Notes: generated by a model not told the origin, from the sequence alone. DNA of 64,000 nt from Spirochaetia bacterium (GCA_965198005.1 CBDAOI010000003.1:736001-800000); one strand, 5' to 3'. Positions 9,780 to 21,416 are shown, counted from the stretch's first letter. A program made the numbers and translations.

Positions 9780-11643
9780 GAGTCTGTCGGATTGACCGTA
9801 CGGGGCAGGCGGAGGAGAACGGCAGCGGTCTCCAGAGCGAGTAGCGGCTGTGTGAATTTCATGCTGTCACGGATCGTTGGGTTGTGCCGCCGCTTGATCA
9901 GAAGGAATGGCCACAGGGATCAGTCGAGAGTGCCCATCACGGACCCGGAGTGGCCTGCTGGCACTGTTGTGGTGATGGCTGGACATGGTTTTTGATTTCG
10001 GTTAGTGTTGCAGGCACATACTCTGCACACGAGGTGTTCATGGCCGAGGATTTTCGTGCGCTTGATCGAGACACGCCGATGCTGCTGCCGGCGTCCATTC
10101 AAGAGTGGCTACCGGAGCAGCACATGGCGCGCTTTGTAGTGGAAATAGTGGAGCAACTGGAGCTCGGTGAAATAACGAGCCAGTATGGAGGTAGCGGCGG
10201 CAAGCAGGCGTATCATCCGGCCATGCTGGTGGCGCTGTTGTTTTATGGCTACGCTACCGGGGTGTTTTCCAGTCGCAAGCTGGAGCAGGCGACGTACGAT
10301 TCGGTGGCGTTTCGCTACATCACCGGAGGTGAGCATCCGGACCATGATACGATAGCTAATTTTCGCAAGCGGTTTCTGGCGGAGTTACAAGGGCTGTTCA
10401 AGCAGATTCTGGTGCTGGCGAAGACGCTGGGGACGCTGCGGCTGGGACGGGTGAGCCTGGATGGGACGAAGGTGCAGGGGAACGCGAGCAAGCACAAAGC
10501 GATGAGCTGGGGGCATGCGACGAAGCTGGAGCGGCAGTTGGAGGGGGAGGTAGAGAAGCTGCTGGAGCTGGCGGAGCGAGCGGACGCGGAGGGGGAGCAG
10601 GAACAGCAGGAGCTGGACATTCCGGAAGAATTGCAGCGCCGGGAGGAGCGGCTGGCAGCGATTCGGGAAGCGCAGGAGAAGATCAAGGAGCGGGCGGAGG
10701 AGCGGCATGCGGCGGAGCAAGCGGAGTACGAAGCGAAGCTGAAGCGACGGCAGGAACGGGAAGCGGAGACCGGCAAGAAGCTGGGAGGGAGACCGCCGAA
10801 GGAGCCTGAAGCAGGACCGAGAGAGAAAGATCAAGTGAACTTCACGGATGAAGAATCACGGATCATGCCGGGGGCGAACGGGGCGTTCATACAGGGCTAC
10901 AACGCGCAAGCGGTGGTGGAGCAGGACAGTCACATGGTGGTGGGCAACCACGTCAGCCAAGCGGCCAACGACAAGCAGGAAGTGGCGCCGGCGCTGAACG
11001 AGTTGGGAAAGGTGGCAGACGAGCTGGGCAAGCCGGAGGCGCTGGTGGCGGATGCCGGGTACCACAGCAAAGAGAACGTGGAGCGGTGCGTGGAACAGGA
11101 CATCGAGCCGTATATCGCGGGGAGCCGGGAACGCCACAACCGGTCGCTGGAAGACCGTCTGAAAGCACCCCCGGAGTGTCCTGCTGATGCGGATGCGGTG
11201 ACGGCGATGCAGCATCGTTTGCAGACGGCTGAGGGGAAGGCGATCTATAGCAAGCGGAAGTCCACGGTGGAGACGGTGTTCGGGGTGATCAAGGAGGTGC
11301 TGGGATTCCGCCGCTTTCATCTGCGCGGGTTACGCGGCGCCGAGGGGGAATGGAGTCTGGTGTGCACGGCGTGGAATCTGAAGCGGATGTATGCTCTGGC
11401 AGGAGGATAAGTGGGGTCAGTGGGTCCCGATGGTCGAGCTGTGGCGCCGGAACGGGCGCCGGAGCCACCTTGGAGGGTGTTGCTGGCGTCACGATCCCTC
11501 CCGAAGGGCCTCAATCCCTCCCGGAGGGCCTGTCTTGACCACTCGACCGAGCGCAACCAAGCGCTGGCGAGCCAGGCGGCCGCTACGGCGTTCCCTTGGG
11601 CTCGCTCACTTCATAACCCCGCGATCATGACTCCGACAGACTC
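9780..11643 (+). mobile_element. IS1182-family insertion sequence, apparently complete
   Basis: Terminal inverted repeats GAGTCTGTCGGA / TCCGACAGACTC flanked by CTAG on both sides (9776-9779, 11644-11647). Confidence 0.9.
10040..11410 (+). CDS. IS1182-family DDE transposase
   Basis: YHPAML, SSRKLE, PDHDTIANFR, LDGTK, ADAGY, VETVFG motifs. Confidence 0.93.
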   Translation: MAEDFRALDRDTPMLLPASIQEWLPEQHMARFVVEIVEQLELGEITSQYGGSGGKQAYHPAMLVALLFYGYATGVFSSRKLEQATYDSVAFRYITGGEHPDHDTIANFRKRFLAELQGLFKQILVLAKTLGTLRLGRVSLDGTKVQGNASKHKAMSWGHATKLERQLEGEVEKLLELAERADAEGEQEQQELDIPEELQRREERLAAIREAQEKIKERAEERHAAEQAEYEAKLKRRQEREAETGKKLGGRPPKEPEAGPREKDQVNFTDEESRIMPGANGAFIQGYNAQAVVEQDSHMVVGNHVSQAANDKQEVAPALNELGKVADELGKPEALVADAGYHSKENVERCVEQDIEPYIAGSRERHNRSLEDRLKAPPECPADADAVTAMQHRLQTAEGKAIYSKRKSTVETVFGVIKEVLGFRRFHLRGLRGAEGEWSLVCTAWNLKRMYALAGG

Positions 11644-12076
11644 CTAGCCGCGCGCATCGACGGCAGCGGTGCCTCGCCTCCCGCGTCAGACTGTCACTCG
11701 TCGTCGGGTAGCTGGAGCAACCGCTCGCTCCGCCACACACCAGTGGGATCCATGCGGGACTTCGCCTCGCTGCTCCGCCTGCCCACGGTCTGAATGGACA
11801 CGCTACCACCTAAAGTGCGCCTGTAGAACAATGGGCGCCGGCGTGCGTGTGCGGGACCAGACGAGTCGTGCTCGCCTCGCTCACCGAGAAGTGCTTGCCC
11901 TCGCGTGGCCGGCCGGCCATACTCCTCGTTCGCCTATGGGGACCGACGCCATCCACTCCAGCCGCCGGCTAGCGCTGACGCGGCGCCACGACCGCGGTGG
12001 GTCGCGCTTGACACCGATTTCGGCCGGCCGTTATACTCGTTCGCCTATGGGGACCGACACCATCCACCGACTACCT

Positions 12077-12202
12077 AACCGCGCGACAGCCAGCCGCTCG
12101 GCGCCGGTGCTGAGCGCGGCACCATTGATGCGTGTGGCACACAGCCGCCACGCATCCGTGCGTCCAGCGGCCGACCCCGTCGGCCGCCACTTCCACCAGT
12201 CC
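12077..12202 (+). repeat. ~126-bp non-coding repeat, second copy 62707-62832
   Basis: Direct comparison; both copies lie upstream of an SBP gene in the same orientation. Confidence 0.8.
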
Positions 12203-12424
12203 GGACCAACATGCGTAGCGACGCTTGCCGGCCGCCACCACGCGTGGCGTGCCCAGGCATGCCCTTTCGGCGCGGCGCGCGGGCGTCAAAGGAGGTACGG
12301 CCTAGAGGATTAACGCAGAGACCGGGCGGCCGCGAAAGGGTGTCGCCCTCGCTCGACTAAGGGAGCAGGCGAGGGGCCGGCAGTGGCAACAGCGCTCTCG
12401 AAATTTTTTGTGAAGGAGATCTCA

Positions 12425-14239
12425 ATGAGATTTTTCAAAACAGGCGTCGCGATAGTGTGCGGCCTCATGCTGACCGCGACCGGCCTCTGGGCCACCGGCG
12501 CGGACGAGGAGCCCGCAGCCGTTGCCGACAGAGAGACGGTGTTCGACCCCGCCAGCGGCATAACCTGGACCGCGCCAGAGTATGGCGGGACACTCACGTG
12601 GGGCGCTAACGGTCTGCCCAAGAATACTGATCTGTGGGCGCCTGGTGGCTGGACGCCTCACCTCATCAGTGGCGTTAATGAGAAGCTAGTCCACGGCAAC
12701 TGGGCAATATCCAGGGAAAAGGTGGCTGAACTAGCTTGGATTTATTCGAGCCCAGAGATGTACAGAGGGGCTCTGGCTGAAAGCTGGGAAATGCCCGACG
12801 ACACAACGTGGATCTGGAACATCCGCCAGGGCGTTTACTACCATGATAAGGCGCCGATGAACGGTCGGGAGTTCGATGCTTATGACGTCGAATGGAACTA
12901 TCACCGCTTTTGGGGTCTGGGTGATTTCACCGAAAACGGACCTACCCCCAACCTGGCTGTAAGAGGTTTTGGTCTAGAGCTCGAATCGGCAACGGCCACC
13001 GACAAATGGACGGTTGAGCTTAAGCTGACGAAGCCTTACCCCAATACGGTGTACTTGATGTCCCACAACCTGACTTGGATGTTAGCCCGCGAGGTAGTCG
13101 AGGAATACGGCGACTATGGGGATTGGAGGAACGTGGTCGGCACGGGGCCCTATCGACTGACTGACCTTGTCGAGGACACCTCGGCAACCTGGGAGAAGAA
13201 TCCCAACTACTGGGGCTACGACGAGAAATTCCCGGAGAACCGCCTACCCTATATTGACACGTTAAGGAACCTCGTTATACCCGACGAGGTAGCACGCCTG
13301 GCGGCAATGCGCACGCGTAAGATTGACATGCTGAGTATGACCGGCGACGCTCGGATATTCAGCGTCGACAATATAGAGAGCCTCCAGAAGACCAACCCTG
13401 AAATCGAGGTGTGGCCCGTTTATGCCTTTTCGAGTGGCTCTCATATTTTTAACCAGTCTCTGCCACTCATGCAGCACGTCAATGTGCGCAAGGCACTGCA
13501 GATGTCAGTGGACCGCGAGACAATTTCCGCTACCTTCCTTGGGGGTTGGGGAGATCCAGCGCCTAATGGGTTAATAAGTCAAAGGCAGGTAGGGTGGAGC
13601 TGGCCATATGAAGAATGGCCCGAAGAGGTCAAGGCAGGCTATAGGTATGACCCGGAAAGGGCAGAAGCGTTGCTTGATGAGGCCGGATATCCACGAGGCG
13701 CCGACGGCGTTCGATTCACGCTCAAGATAGGCCATGCCGGTTGGTCCGATCCGGCCTATCCAGAAGTCGTCATAGCGTACTTCGACGCCATTGGTGTTAA
13801 AAGCGAGCTGGTTGTGGTTCCTGGCGCTGAGGTGGGACATTACATGTCTACGGAAGCGCACGAGCTCCACATGGTTAATTGGGTGGCATATCCGTCATTT
13901 CCCCCCTCGCCCGATGTATATAGGCTAACAAGTAACCCCTGGAGTCGAACACTCGGTCGTCACTGGAGCAAAGCGAAGGACCCGGAAATGGACGCCCTGA
14001 TTGCCGAAATGCAAGCTACTACCACCGCGGAGGAGTGGCAGAGCTTACATGTACAGGTCGATGAGAAAACTGTAAGGGAGCACTGGGGCCTAGTTAAACC
14101 CATCTCCCCTCAGTTTAGCGTGACGCAGCCGTGGGTCGAGGGCTATTTCGGTGAAGCAGGTCTGGGATACGCTGAACGTAATACCTTCAAGGCCCGCCTC
14201 TGGATTGATAGTGCGCTGAAGGCAGAAATGGGCTACTAG
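12425..14239 (+). CDS. ABC substrate-binding protein family 5 (SBP3)
   Basis: AAGGAG RBS, signal peptide, PEYGGT, LAESW, GTGPY, RLWID. Confidence 0.93.
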   Translation: MRFFKTGVAIVCGLMLTATGLWATGADEEPAAVADRETVFDPASGITWTAPEYGGTLTWGANGLPKNTDLWAPGGWTPHLISGVNEKLVHGNWAISREKVAELAWIYSSPEMYRGALAESWEMPDDTTWIWNIRQGVYYHDKAPMNGREFDAYDVEWNYHRFWGLGDFTENGPTPNLAVRGFGLELESATATDKWTVELKLTKPYPNTVYLMSHNLTWMLAREVVEEYGDYGDWRNVVGTGPYRLTDLVEDTSATWEKNPNYWGYDEKFPENRLPYIDTLRNLVIPDEVARLAAMRTRKIDMLSMTGDARIFSVDNIESLQKTNPEIEVWPVYAFSSGSHIFNQSLPLMQHVNVRKALQMSVDRETISATFLGGWGDPAPNGLISQRQVGWSWPYEEWPEEVKAGYRYDPERAEALLDEAGYPRGADGVRFTLKIGHAGWSDPAYPEVVIAYFDAIGVKSELVVVPGAEVGHYMSTEAHELHMVNWVAYPSFPPSPDVYRLTSNPWSRTLGRHWSKAKDPEMDALIAEMQATTTAEEWQSLHVQVDEKTVREHWGLVKPISPQFSVTQPWVEGYFGEAGLGYAERNTFKARLWIDSALKAEMGY

Positions 14240-14274
14240 GGGCTCCACCCCTTGGAGCTTAGCTCAGGGAAAAA

Positions 14275-14306
14275 GGGAGCTGGGGGGTTCACGCTTCCCA
14301 GCTCCC
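14275..14306 (+). terminator. Stem-loop after SBP stop (GGGAGCTGGG...CCCAGCTCCC), also at 26794-26825 and 34204-34235
   Basis: 10-bp perfect stem conserved after three SBP genes; no U-tract, so possibly an mRNA-stabilising hairpin. Confidence 0.6.
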
Positions 14307-14380
14307 ATACTCCTGGAGAGGGCGACGAGATTGCCACGCCCCGATAAATCGGAGCTCGCAATGACAGGGAGGAGTGTGAC

Positions 14381-15382
14381 ATGAGAGCCTATATCATAAG
14401 GCGGCTATTGCTCATAATCCCCACCCTGCTTATTCTGAGCATCCTGGTCTTTCTCTTGGTCCGCTTTATCCCAGGTGATATAATAGACGTAATGGCGGGA
14501 ACTATAGATTCGACGCAAATGGACCTGGACCGTGAAGCTGTTGAGCGTATTCTGGGATTGGACGTGCCTGTCTACGTACAGTACGGACGCTGGATAGGAG
14601 TGTTGCCTACCCCTGACTGGATTACCAAGAAGTCTCACTTCAACGGTATCCTCCAGGGCACCCTTGGCAAATCACTGATTGGCGGCCAACGCCCGATAGA
14701 GGAGCAGATAATAGCTAAATTGCCAGTTACCATACAGCTTGGCGTCATGGCAATCGTAATCGCGCTGGTGATAGCCCTGCCCGTCGGCGTCTACTCGGCG
14801 ATTCGCCAGGATACGGCCACCGACTACGTGGGGCGCACCGCGGCCGTCATCGGCCTGGCGACGCCTAACTTCTGGCTGGCAATTATGGTAACGCTCTACC
14901 CGGCAATCTGGTGGGGCTGGTCGCCATCGGTAGAGTATATCCCTCTTGTCGAAGACCCGCTGGGGACCCTGGTGATGTTTCTCATTCCCGCCGCAATTCT
15001 GGGGACGGCCATGTCGGCAGCCACCATGCGGCTGACACGCACCATGATGCTGGAGGTGCTCAGGCAGGACTATATCAGGACAGCCTGGTCCAAGGGTCTC
15101 AAGGAGAGGGTAGTTATTGTGAGACACGCCGTCAAGAATGCCCTTATCCCGGTGGTTACGTTGATAGGCCTGCAGTTGCCTCTGCTGGTAGGTGGCTCCG
15201 TTATCATGGAGAACATATTTAACCTGCCGGGGATAGGTCGTATGTTTCTGGATTCACTCGAGGCCAGAGACTACCCGGTGATCCAAGGAGTAAACCTGTT
15301 TTTCGCCACCGTAGTTATGCTTATCATTCTAGTTATCGACGTGATTTATCCCTATTTGGACCCCAGGGTCCGCTACAGCTAG
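14381..15382 (+). CDS. ABC permease, DppB/OppB-like
   Basis: Family motifs, position after SBP. Confidence 0.93.
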   Translation: MRAYIIRRLLLIIPTLLILSILVFLLVRFIPGDIIDVMAGTIDSTQMDLDREAVERILGLDVPVYVQYGRWIGVLPTPDWITKKSHFNGILQGTLGKSLIGGQRPIEEQIIAKLPVTIQLGVMAIVIALVIALPVGVYSAIRQDTATDYVGRTAAVIGLATPNFWLAIMVTLYPAIWWGWSPSVEYIPLVEDPLGTLVMFLIPAAILGTAMSAATMRLTRTMMLEVLRQDYIRTAWSKGLKERVVIVRHAVKNALIPVVTLIGLQLPLLVGGSVIMENIFNLPGIGRMFLDSLEARDYPVIQGVNLFFATVVMLIILVIDVIYPYLDPRVRYS

Positions 15383-15391
15383 AGGGAGCAT

Positions 15392-16312
15392 ATGAGCGAC
15401 GCCACACGGATACCATCAGCAGAAATTGCGCCAAAGAGACGTTCCCGGCCGGCTGCGTTCTTTATCAGGCTGGTCAAGGAGAAGCCGCTGGGTACTGCCA
15501 GCGGGATTATCATATTGATATGGATTGTCATCGCAATCTTTGCCGATGCTCTGACCCCTTATCCACCTTTTGAAATGAACCTGCCAGACCGGCTGCAGGG
15601 CTCATCCGTCCAGCATCTCCTGGGGACGGACCACATAGGGCGAGACTTCTTGAGCCGCCTGATCCTCGGGGCGCGTATTTCGATACTGATCGGTCTGGCA
15701 GCGACCGCTCTGAGTACGGTGATCAGTACTTTGATAGGCGGAACTTCAGGATTCCTTGGTGGTAAGTTTGACATTATGGTGCAGAGGGTTGTCGATGCCT
15801 GGATAGTTTTCCCGGGACTGCTCGTGTTGCTAACCATAATGTCTATAGTGGGGCGGGGTATACCACAGATAATACTGGTCCTGGGGATATCAGGAGGCAT
15901 TGGCGGCAGCAGACTAATCCGAAGCGCCGTTATCGCCATCAAGGGGAGTGACAATTTTCTGGCAGCAGAGGCGGTTGGCAACACAAAATGGCGTTCATTC
16001 ATCCGACATGTCCTGCCCAATGTTATGCCTGTCGTCATCATCATGTTCTCGATAACCGTAGGAGGCGTAATCCTGAGTATTGCTTCTCTGAGCTTCCTCG
16101 GTTACGGTCTGCCCCCCACGAGTCCTGACTGGGGAGGTCTGCTCAGCCGGGAAGGGCGTCAATACATGGAGCAGGCGCCCTGGCTGGCGGTCTGGCCCGG
16201 TCTTTGCCTGACTATTGCCGTTTACTGTCTAAACATGCTCGGCGACGCCATGCGGGACCTCCTCGACCCGAGGTTGCGTGGCGCAACCACGCTCAGGGGC
16301 GGCGCGGGGTGA
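15392..16312 (+). CDS. ABC permease, DppC/OppC-like
   Basis: HLLGTDHIGRD, GDAMRDLLDPR. Confidence 0.93.
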   Translation: MSDATRIPSAEIAPKRRSRPAAFFIRLVKEKPLGTASGIIILIWIVIAIFADALTPYPPFEMNLPDRLQGSSVQHLLGTDHIGRDFLSRLILGARISILIGLAATALSTVISTLIGGTSGFLGGKFDIMVQRVVDAWIVFPGLLVLLTIMSIVGRGIPQIILVLGISGGIGGSRLIRSAVIAIKGSDNFLAAEAVGNTKWRSFIRHVLPNVMPVVIIMFSITVGGVILSIASLSFLGYGLPPTSPDWGGLLSREGRQYMEQAPWLAVWPGLCLTIAVYCLNMLGDAMRDLLDPRLRGATTLRGGAG

Positions 16313-16355
16313 GGGGGGCGAGGCACCTGCGATTCATTCGAATGGAGGAATTGAC

Positions 16356-16922
16356 ATGAACTCATCTAATGAACAAGTTATTTTTGAAGACCGCTTCGAT
16401 GGGGCGCTAGACGAAGGCTGGTCATGGCTGAGGGAGAACCCGGACCGTTGGCGTATTCGAGACAGCGGGCTGGAGATTTGCGTCGAGCCCGGTGACGCGG
16501 CTACGGTCAGGAACGCGTTGCTCAGGCCCGCGCCAGACCGCGGCGCTGGCACATTTGCCATCGAAGTGACCGTTACCAACCACACCTATCCAACCCAGCC
16601 GTACGAGCAAGCGGGCATCACCTGGTACAATGGCGGCAAGCCGGTATTCAAGGAGGTGAAGGAGCTCCTCGACGGCGAGCTTTACATCATCCCCGGGCGG
16701 CAGCCGATGGCGGCGAAGAGCGTCCGACTGCGCTTGCTGGTTAGCGCGGATTCTTGGGAAGCACAATATCGCCCCGAAGATGCGACAGAATTCCAAACGG
16801 CGGCAACAGGCGACCTTCCCCCGCCGGGCGACGACCAGGTGAGTATCCAGTGCTATAACGGCCCGGCAGATGCGGCGCATTGGATTCGGTTCGAGAACTT
16901 CAGCATTACGTCATTAACCTAA
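16356..16922 (+). CDS. Conserved ConA-like/DUF1349-type protein (copy 2 of 3)
   Basis: Near-identical to 7171-7737. Confidence 0.7.
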   Translation: MNSSNEQVIFEDRFDGALDEGWSWLRENPDRWRIRDSGLEICVEPGDAATVRNALLRPAPDRGAGTFAIEVTVTNHTYPTQPYEQAGITWYNGGKPVFKEVKELLDGELYIIPGRQPMAAKSVRLRLLVSADSWEAQYRPEDATEFQTAATGDLPPPGDDQVSIQCYNGPADAAHWIRFENFSITSLT

Positions 16923-16929
16923 CTTTTCT

Positions 16930-17916
16930 ATGACAGGGACACTGGAACAACGCCCCTTCGGGCGTACGGGTCAGACGGTCAGCGTCATCGGGCTGGGTGG
17001 CGCCGCTCTCCACAAGCACAGCTATCAGCACGGGCTGGCCACCGTCAAACATGCGCTCGAGCTGGGGATCAGCTATTTCGATACCTCTCCTTTATATGGC
17101 ATAGCAGGCCCTGATGGTAAGTGGATCAGCCAGGGTGAGTCGCAGCGCATTGTCGGCGAGGGGCTCGAGGGGACGAGCAAGCCGCATCTGCTGGCGACCA
17201 AGATCGGTGCCTGGCAGAGGCACAATCACACGGTAGAAGATTGTCTGGCGGAGGTGCGCGATAACCTCCGTATCCTGCGTCGTGACCGCGTCGACGTGCT
17301 CCTGGGCCACGATATGGAGCAGCGGCGATTCTGGAGGCCGGACGCGAACACGGGGGAGCTGCTGGAGATCGATGAGCCGCTCGACTACGAGAATGCGCCG
17401 GTGATGCAAGCCCTTCGTGAAGCAAAGGCGCAGGGGCTGTGCCGATACATTGGCCTCAGTTCAAACAAGTCCGCGCCCTTGGCTCACGTCCTGAACCGGG
17501 TAGAGCTGGACATGTGCCTGTCGGCCCACGAGTATTCGCTGCTGGCCCGCCGTTCCCCGCAGGTGATGCTGCCGGTCATTAGTGAGCAGGGGATTGCTTA
17601 TGTCGTGGGAGGGATTTTCTCCAACGTTGGTCTGGGCGTGTCAAATGAAGCCTCGCCGTTTCAGCTCGCCCCCAAAGGTCCTCTGGCTCGGGTTGGCGGG
17701 ATATTCTCAGATGAGCGCCTCCTCAAGTTGGCCCGGGCGACCGGTATTTCGATCGCAGCATTGACGGTTCGCTTTTTGATCGCTAATAAAGAACTACCGA
17801 CCATCCTTGTGGGTGCGTCCACACCCGAGGAACTCGAGGAGAGCGTCGTGGCCGCGCAGGCAGGTCCGCTACCGCCTGATATTCAGCAAACCCTGGAGGA
17901 ACCTGAAAGACTATAG
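16930..17916 (+). CDS. Aldo/keto reductase
   Basis: FGRTGQTVSVIGLG, FDTSPLYG, LATK, YIGLS motifs. Confidence 0.88.
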   Translation: MTGTLEQRPFGRTGQTVSVIGLGGAALHKHSYQHGLATVKHALELGISYFDTSPLYGIAGPDGKWISQGESQRIVGEGLEGTSKPHLLATKIGAWQRHNHTVEDCLAEVRDNLRILRRDRVDVLLGHDMEQRRFWRPDANTGELLEIDEPLDYENAPVMQALREAKAQGLCRYIGLSSNKSAPLAHVLNRVELDMCLSAHEYSLLARRSPQVMLPVISEQGIAYVVGGIFSNVGLGVSNEASPFQLAPKGPLARVGGIFSDERLLKLARATGISIAALTVRFLIANKELPTILVGASTPEELEESVVAAQAGPLPPDIQQTLEEPERL

Positions 17917-18158
17917 AGACAAAGTCGCGGTGATCACCGGCGCAGGGCGCGGCATCGGCCGAGGGATTGCCCTCCACTGTGCCAAGGAAGGGATGAAGGT
18001 CGTCCTGGCCGGATTCGGGATGGAATCCCTCACCAATACCGCCGCCGACCTGAAGGCGCTCGGGGCCGAGACGCTGATCGTCCAGACGGATGTATCCCAG
18101 GTAGAACAGGTGGAAGACCTGGCAGCAGCCACGGTCGAAGCATTTGGGCAGGTCGACC
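17905..18158 (+). pseudogene. N-terminal fragment of short-chain dehydrogenase
   Basis: KVAVITGAGRGIG...FGQVD then loss of similarity. Confidence 0.8.
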
Positions 18159-18259
18159 TCCAAGACTTGCGACGCCTTGAACGCAAGATCCGCAGACAAG
18201 CCCACTCCCTCGGTTATGACCTTGTCCCGGAGGTCGCCTCACTGGTTGTTTCTAAGAAG
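18159..18259 (+). mobile_element. Possible 3' tail of IS110-family transposase
   Basis: RRLERKIRRQAHSLGYDLVP resembles IS110 C-termini; followed by GTTTCTAAGAAG, similar motif again at ~18586. Confidence 0.4.
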
Positions 18260-18929
18260 CTTCCCACCGGTCGGACTGGTCGGCGGCCGGAGTTGCCATG
18301 CAAGAAACAACGCAGCTATACTGTATGCGGGATCGGATGGCGCGCGAGGAGGCCGTCGAGTCACTGGTGTGCCGCCCTACGGGGCGAACCCGTTAAGAAG
18401 CTTGGTCCCGGGGCTTGTGAAGTTGACATTGGTGAGATCGCAGACTGGCATTGTCCGGTCGCGATCATCCCGTTCAGAAGAATACCTGTTGTTCACGCCC
18501 CGCCGCACCATCCACCCATCACACAGGAGGACGCAGGACGCCACAGACAGCCATTCAGTTCCTTGAACGCTCATCCTGACTTGATTGTTTCTCAGAAGAA
18601 GAAGAAGGCGGTTTCGACGAGCAGGGCACCTTCGTCTACATACCTCTTGGCCACCTCGAGACTATGACCGAGCTCCTACGCCGCCGAGTGATCGCGTTGC
18701 TGGGCGCTTGCCCGCGCCCGCTGCCCGCCGGCGGCGGCGGCGTCTTCATCGAGCCTCATCCAGCCCGCTTCGGCCTCCCTAGCCGCGGCAATCTTGCCAC
18801 ACCCGCCTGCGACGGCCGTCGCGACCGCGACCACCGCCAACCCCTCGCCCTCGTCCTGATCAGTCACGACCACGACGCGGCTCGCGGTGCTTTACGCTCG
18901 TTCGGGTTCTCGATTACTGTTCCTATCAC

Positions 18930-19735
18930 TTCATTATAGCCTGTGAGCCACGGCTGGGTCGCCGCATAGGTCGGGGCGATCGGACCAAATATCGTCCAGT
19001 ACTGCTCTATCGCATACTGATTCAGCTCTTTAGTAATGTTATTTGCTTCCTCCATAGTGGAAGCGGCCAACTTCTCCGCATGCTTGGCGTTATACCATGG
19101 GTCGTCGGTATTGGAGGTGTTCCGCCAATTCCACATAGTCCGTCTCGTAGCGGCCTAGATGCATAAGGTCGGTCTTGAATCGGATGACAGCCTGTGTAAT
19201 ATGCCGACTAAGCTGCCCCTGAGGTATTATATCGGCATAACCCTTATAGAATGCGTTGTTGATCTCTTCGAGGTTAATTGCCATCCGCAGCGCCTTGCGC
19301 ACCCTGATATCGTCAATCTGCGCCAACTGAACGTTCATGCCAATACTGTTATGCCCCGCATCGGAAGCCGGCCATATCCCGAGCTTGGAGTTGGTATTCA
19401 GGAGGCTTTCTACCTCCTCGAGAGTCTGTATCGGGGTCACGCCGAGAGAACCTAGGTAATCAAGCTGACCCGATCGCAGCGCCGCCATAGGTGTCGGCGG
19501 TTCCGTCATATTCAGGGTCCTTACCTCGTCAACATAGGGCAGGCGGTTCTCCGGATATTTTCGTCGTGGCCCCAGTAGTCGGGATTCTTCGTATGAGTGA
19601 AAGAGCTGCCCTCGACCCAGTCAGTCAGCATCATGGGTCCGGTGCCGACCAGGTTCCTCCAGTCGTTAGCGTGTCCGTCTTCCTCGATGACGTCGGGCGG
19701 GTATATCAAGCCGAACTCATCGTCCAAGATAGTTG
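18930..19735 (-). pseudogene. Degraded family 5 SBP (SBP4) with deletions and frameshifts
   Basis: DWRNLVGTGPMMLTDW, DDIRVRKAL, QPWLTGYNE pieces in different frames. Confidence 0.85.
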
Positions 19736-19826
19736 GTCGGGTCGTCGGGTAGTCGGGTAGTCGGGTAGTGTCACCGTACGCGGGCAAGCGTAAGTACCGC
19801 GCGCCTTTGTGCAAGCGGCCACCCCG

Positions 19827-20220
19827 GGGCCGCGGGTACCGCTACACGGGCAAGATCTCTACACTGCCGAGCAGGCCGCCGAGTTGCTGCGGGTGACCAA
19901 CAGCACCGTGATCCGCTGGGTGGAAGCCGGTATGCTCCGCGGTACGCAGGTCACGGCGGGGGCACCTTGGAGGATCGTTGTCACCGACGAGGACATCGCC
20001 AAGCTCAAGCCTACCGATCACACCGACGGATGGCTCTCGCTGAAGGCGGCAGCGGCGGCGCTGGGCACCAGCCCGAATGCCGTTTTGCAAAGAGTCAGTC
20101 GCGGCGAGCTCGAGGGTGGTCGGGTTCGCTCAGGCCGTCGCATCGGTTGGAGAATTCGTTTACCAGAAACGACTTACGCAGATCAACCGGCGCTCTTTTC
20201 AAGCTCCGATGACCAACTTA
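19827..20220 (+). pseudogene. 3' fragment of the serine recombinase gene (HTH region)
   Basis: Near-identical to ~23451-23882 but without the 38-bp duplication. Confidence 0.88.
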
Positions 20221-20242
20221 CACAGTGCATTCCAGACTACTT

Positions 20243-20518
20243 ATGACGATGATGATCTGCCCGCCCAGGTCCTGATTCTGTACCGGCCCCACCCGCTGGC
20301 TGGGCAGCAGGTGAGAGTCATCCAGCGACGACGTCATGGCCACCAGACATTCTGGCGGGTGCTTCTGCCAGACGGCTCGCATGCCGAGCTGCCGGCCGCG
20401 TGGACCGATCAACCAACTACCGAGTCCGCGTACTCCGCCGTGGATAATGGCGAACGCCCCGCGACGCCGCAGGCGCTCAGAGAGCTCCTTACCGTGGTGG
20501 AGCCGCTTGTTGGCAGCT
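20243..20518 (+). CDS. DUF5372-like small protein of the recombinase element, interrupted at its 3' end by IS1595
   Basis: HPLAGQQVRV...LPDGSHAELPAAWTD motif; start uncertain. Confidence 0.55.
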
Positions 20519-21416
20519 CTAGCCAGCGACGACTTGTATTGTAGGGCATGCCACGTCCTTCCTTCCCGGTGGGTCTGCGTGAGTTCCAACGCCAGTTTGC
20601 GACCGAGGAGGCTTGTTACCTGGGCGGTCGTTGGCCTGACGGGTTCATTTGTCCGCGATGTGATCACCGGCGCGCGTACGTTGGTGAAACTTCGCAGTGC
20701 ACGGCCTGTCGGTACCAGGTGTCTCTGACATCGGACGATTCTGCACAATACGTGCCCCTGACGGTGTGGTTCTGGGCCGATCATGACCACCATACGCGCG
20801 GGATACCAGCGAGTGCGACGATACGAGACCGTGGATGATGCTTCACAAGCCGACGAGGATGGTCAATGATCGCGAACGGTGACATAGAGATCGACGACAC
20901 GATCGGAGGCACTCAGGCCGGCGCGGGAGCCGCCGCTCAGAGAAGCGTGGCAATAAGACTGGACGGGCTCGTATGACGGTGATCCCCGATTTCAAGGCCA
21001 TCACGCTCAAGAGTTTCATCACGCAGAACGTGGCGCCAGGATCGAGGATCTACACCGACGCAAGACCTTCACCGGCCTGGAGCAAGCGGGATTCAAGCAC
21101 ATCGCCCGCTCGCAGCCGCTGAGGATCGATCTGCGGAAAGGCGCCCAGTCGGTGGTGCCCCTGGCTGACCGAGCGATCGGCAACCTCCAACAGTGGCTGA
21201 TCGGCACCTACCACGGTGTCAGTCGCGCTCAGCTGCAGGTGTATCTTGATGAATTCGTCTTTCGATACAATCGCCGCAAGCACCCTATGGCGGCTTTCCA
21301 AACGCTGCTCGGCCTTGGCACAGGCCAGACGCCCACGACCTACAATCGCATTCGTGGCGCCCGTGACCAAGAAGCGTCGTCGACTTATCGTCGGCTGAAA
21401 CAACCGTATAAGCTAG
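20519..21416 (+). mobile_element. IS1595-family element, transposase fragmented
   Basis: 8-bp target duplication TGGCAGCT (20511-20518, 21417-21424); ends CTAGC/GCTAG; RWPDGFICPRC and GTYHGVS...YLDEFVFRYNRR motifs. Confidence 0.85.

Noticed and set aside
20600-21070. Extreme small-deletion density in the IS1595 transposase as a special mutational process
   Set aside because: Pattern is equally consistent with a low-quality consensus segment
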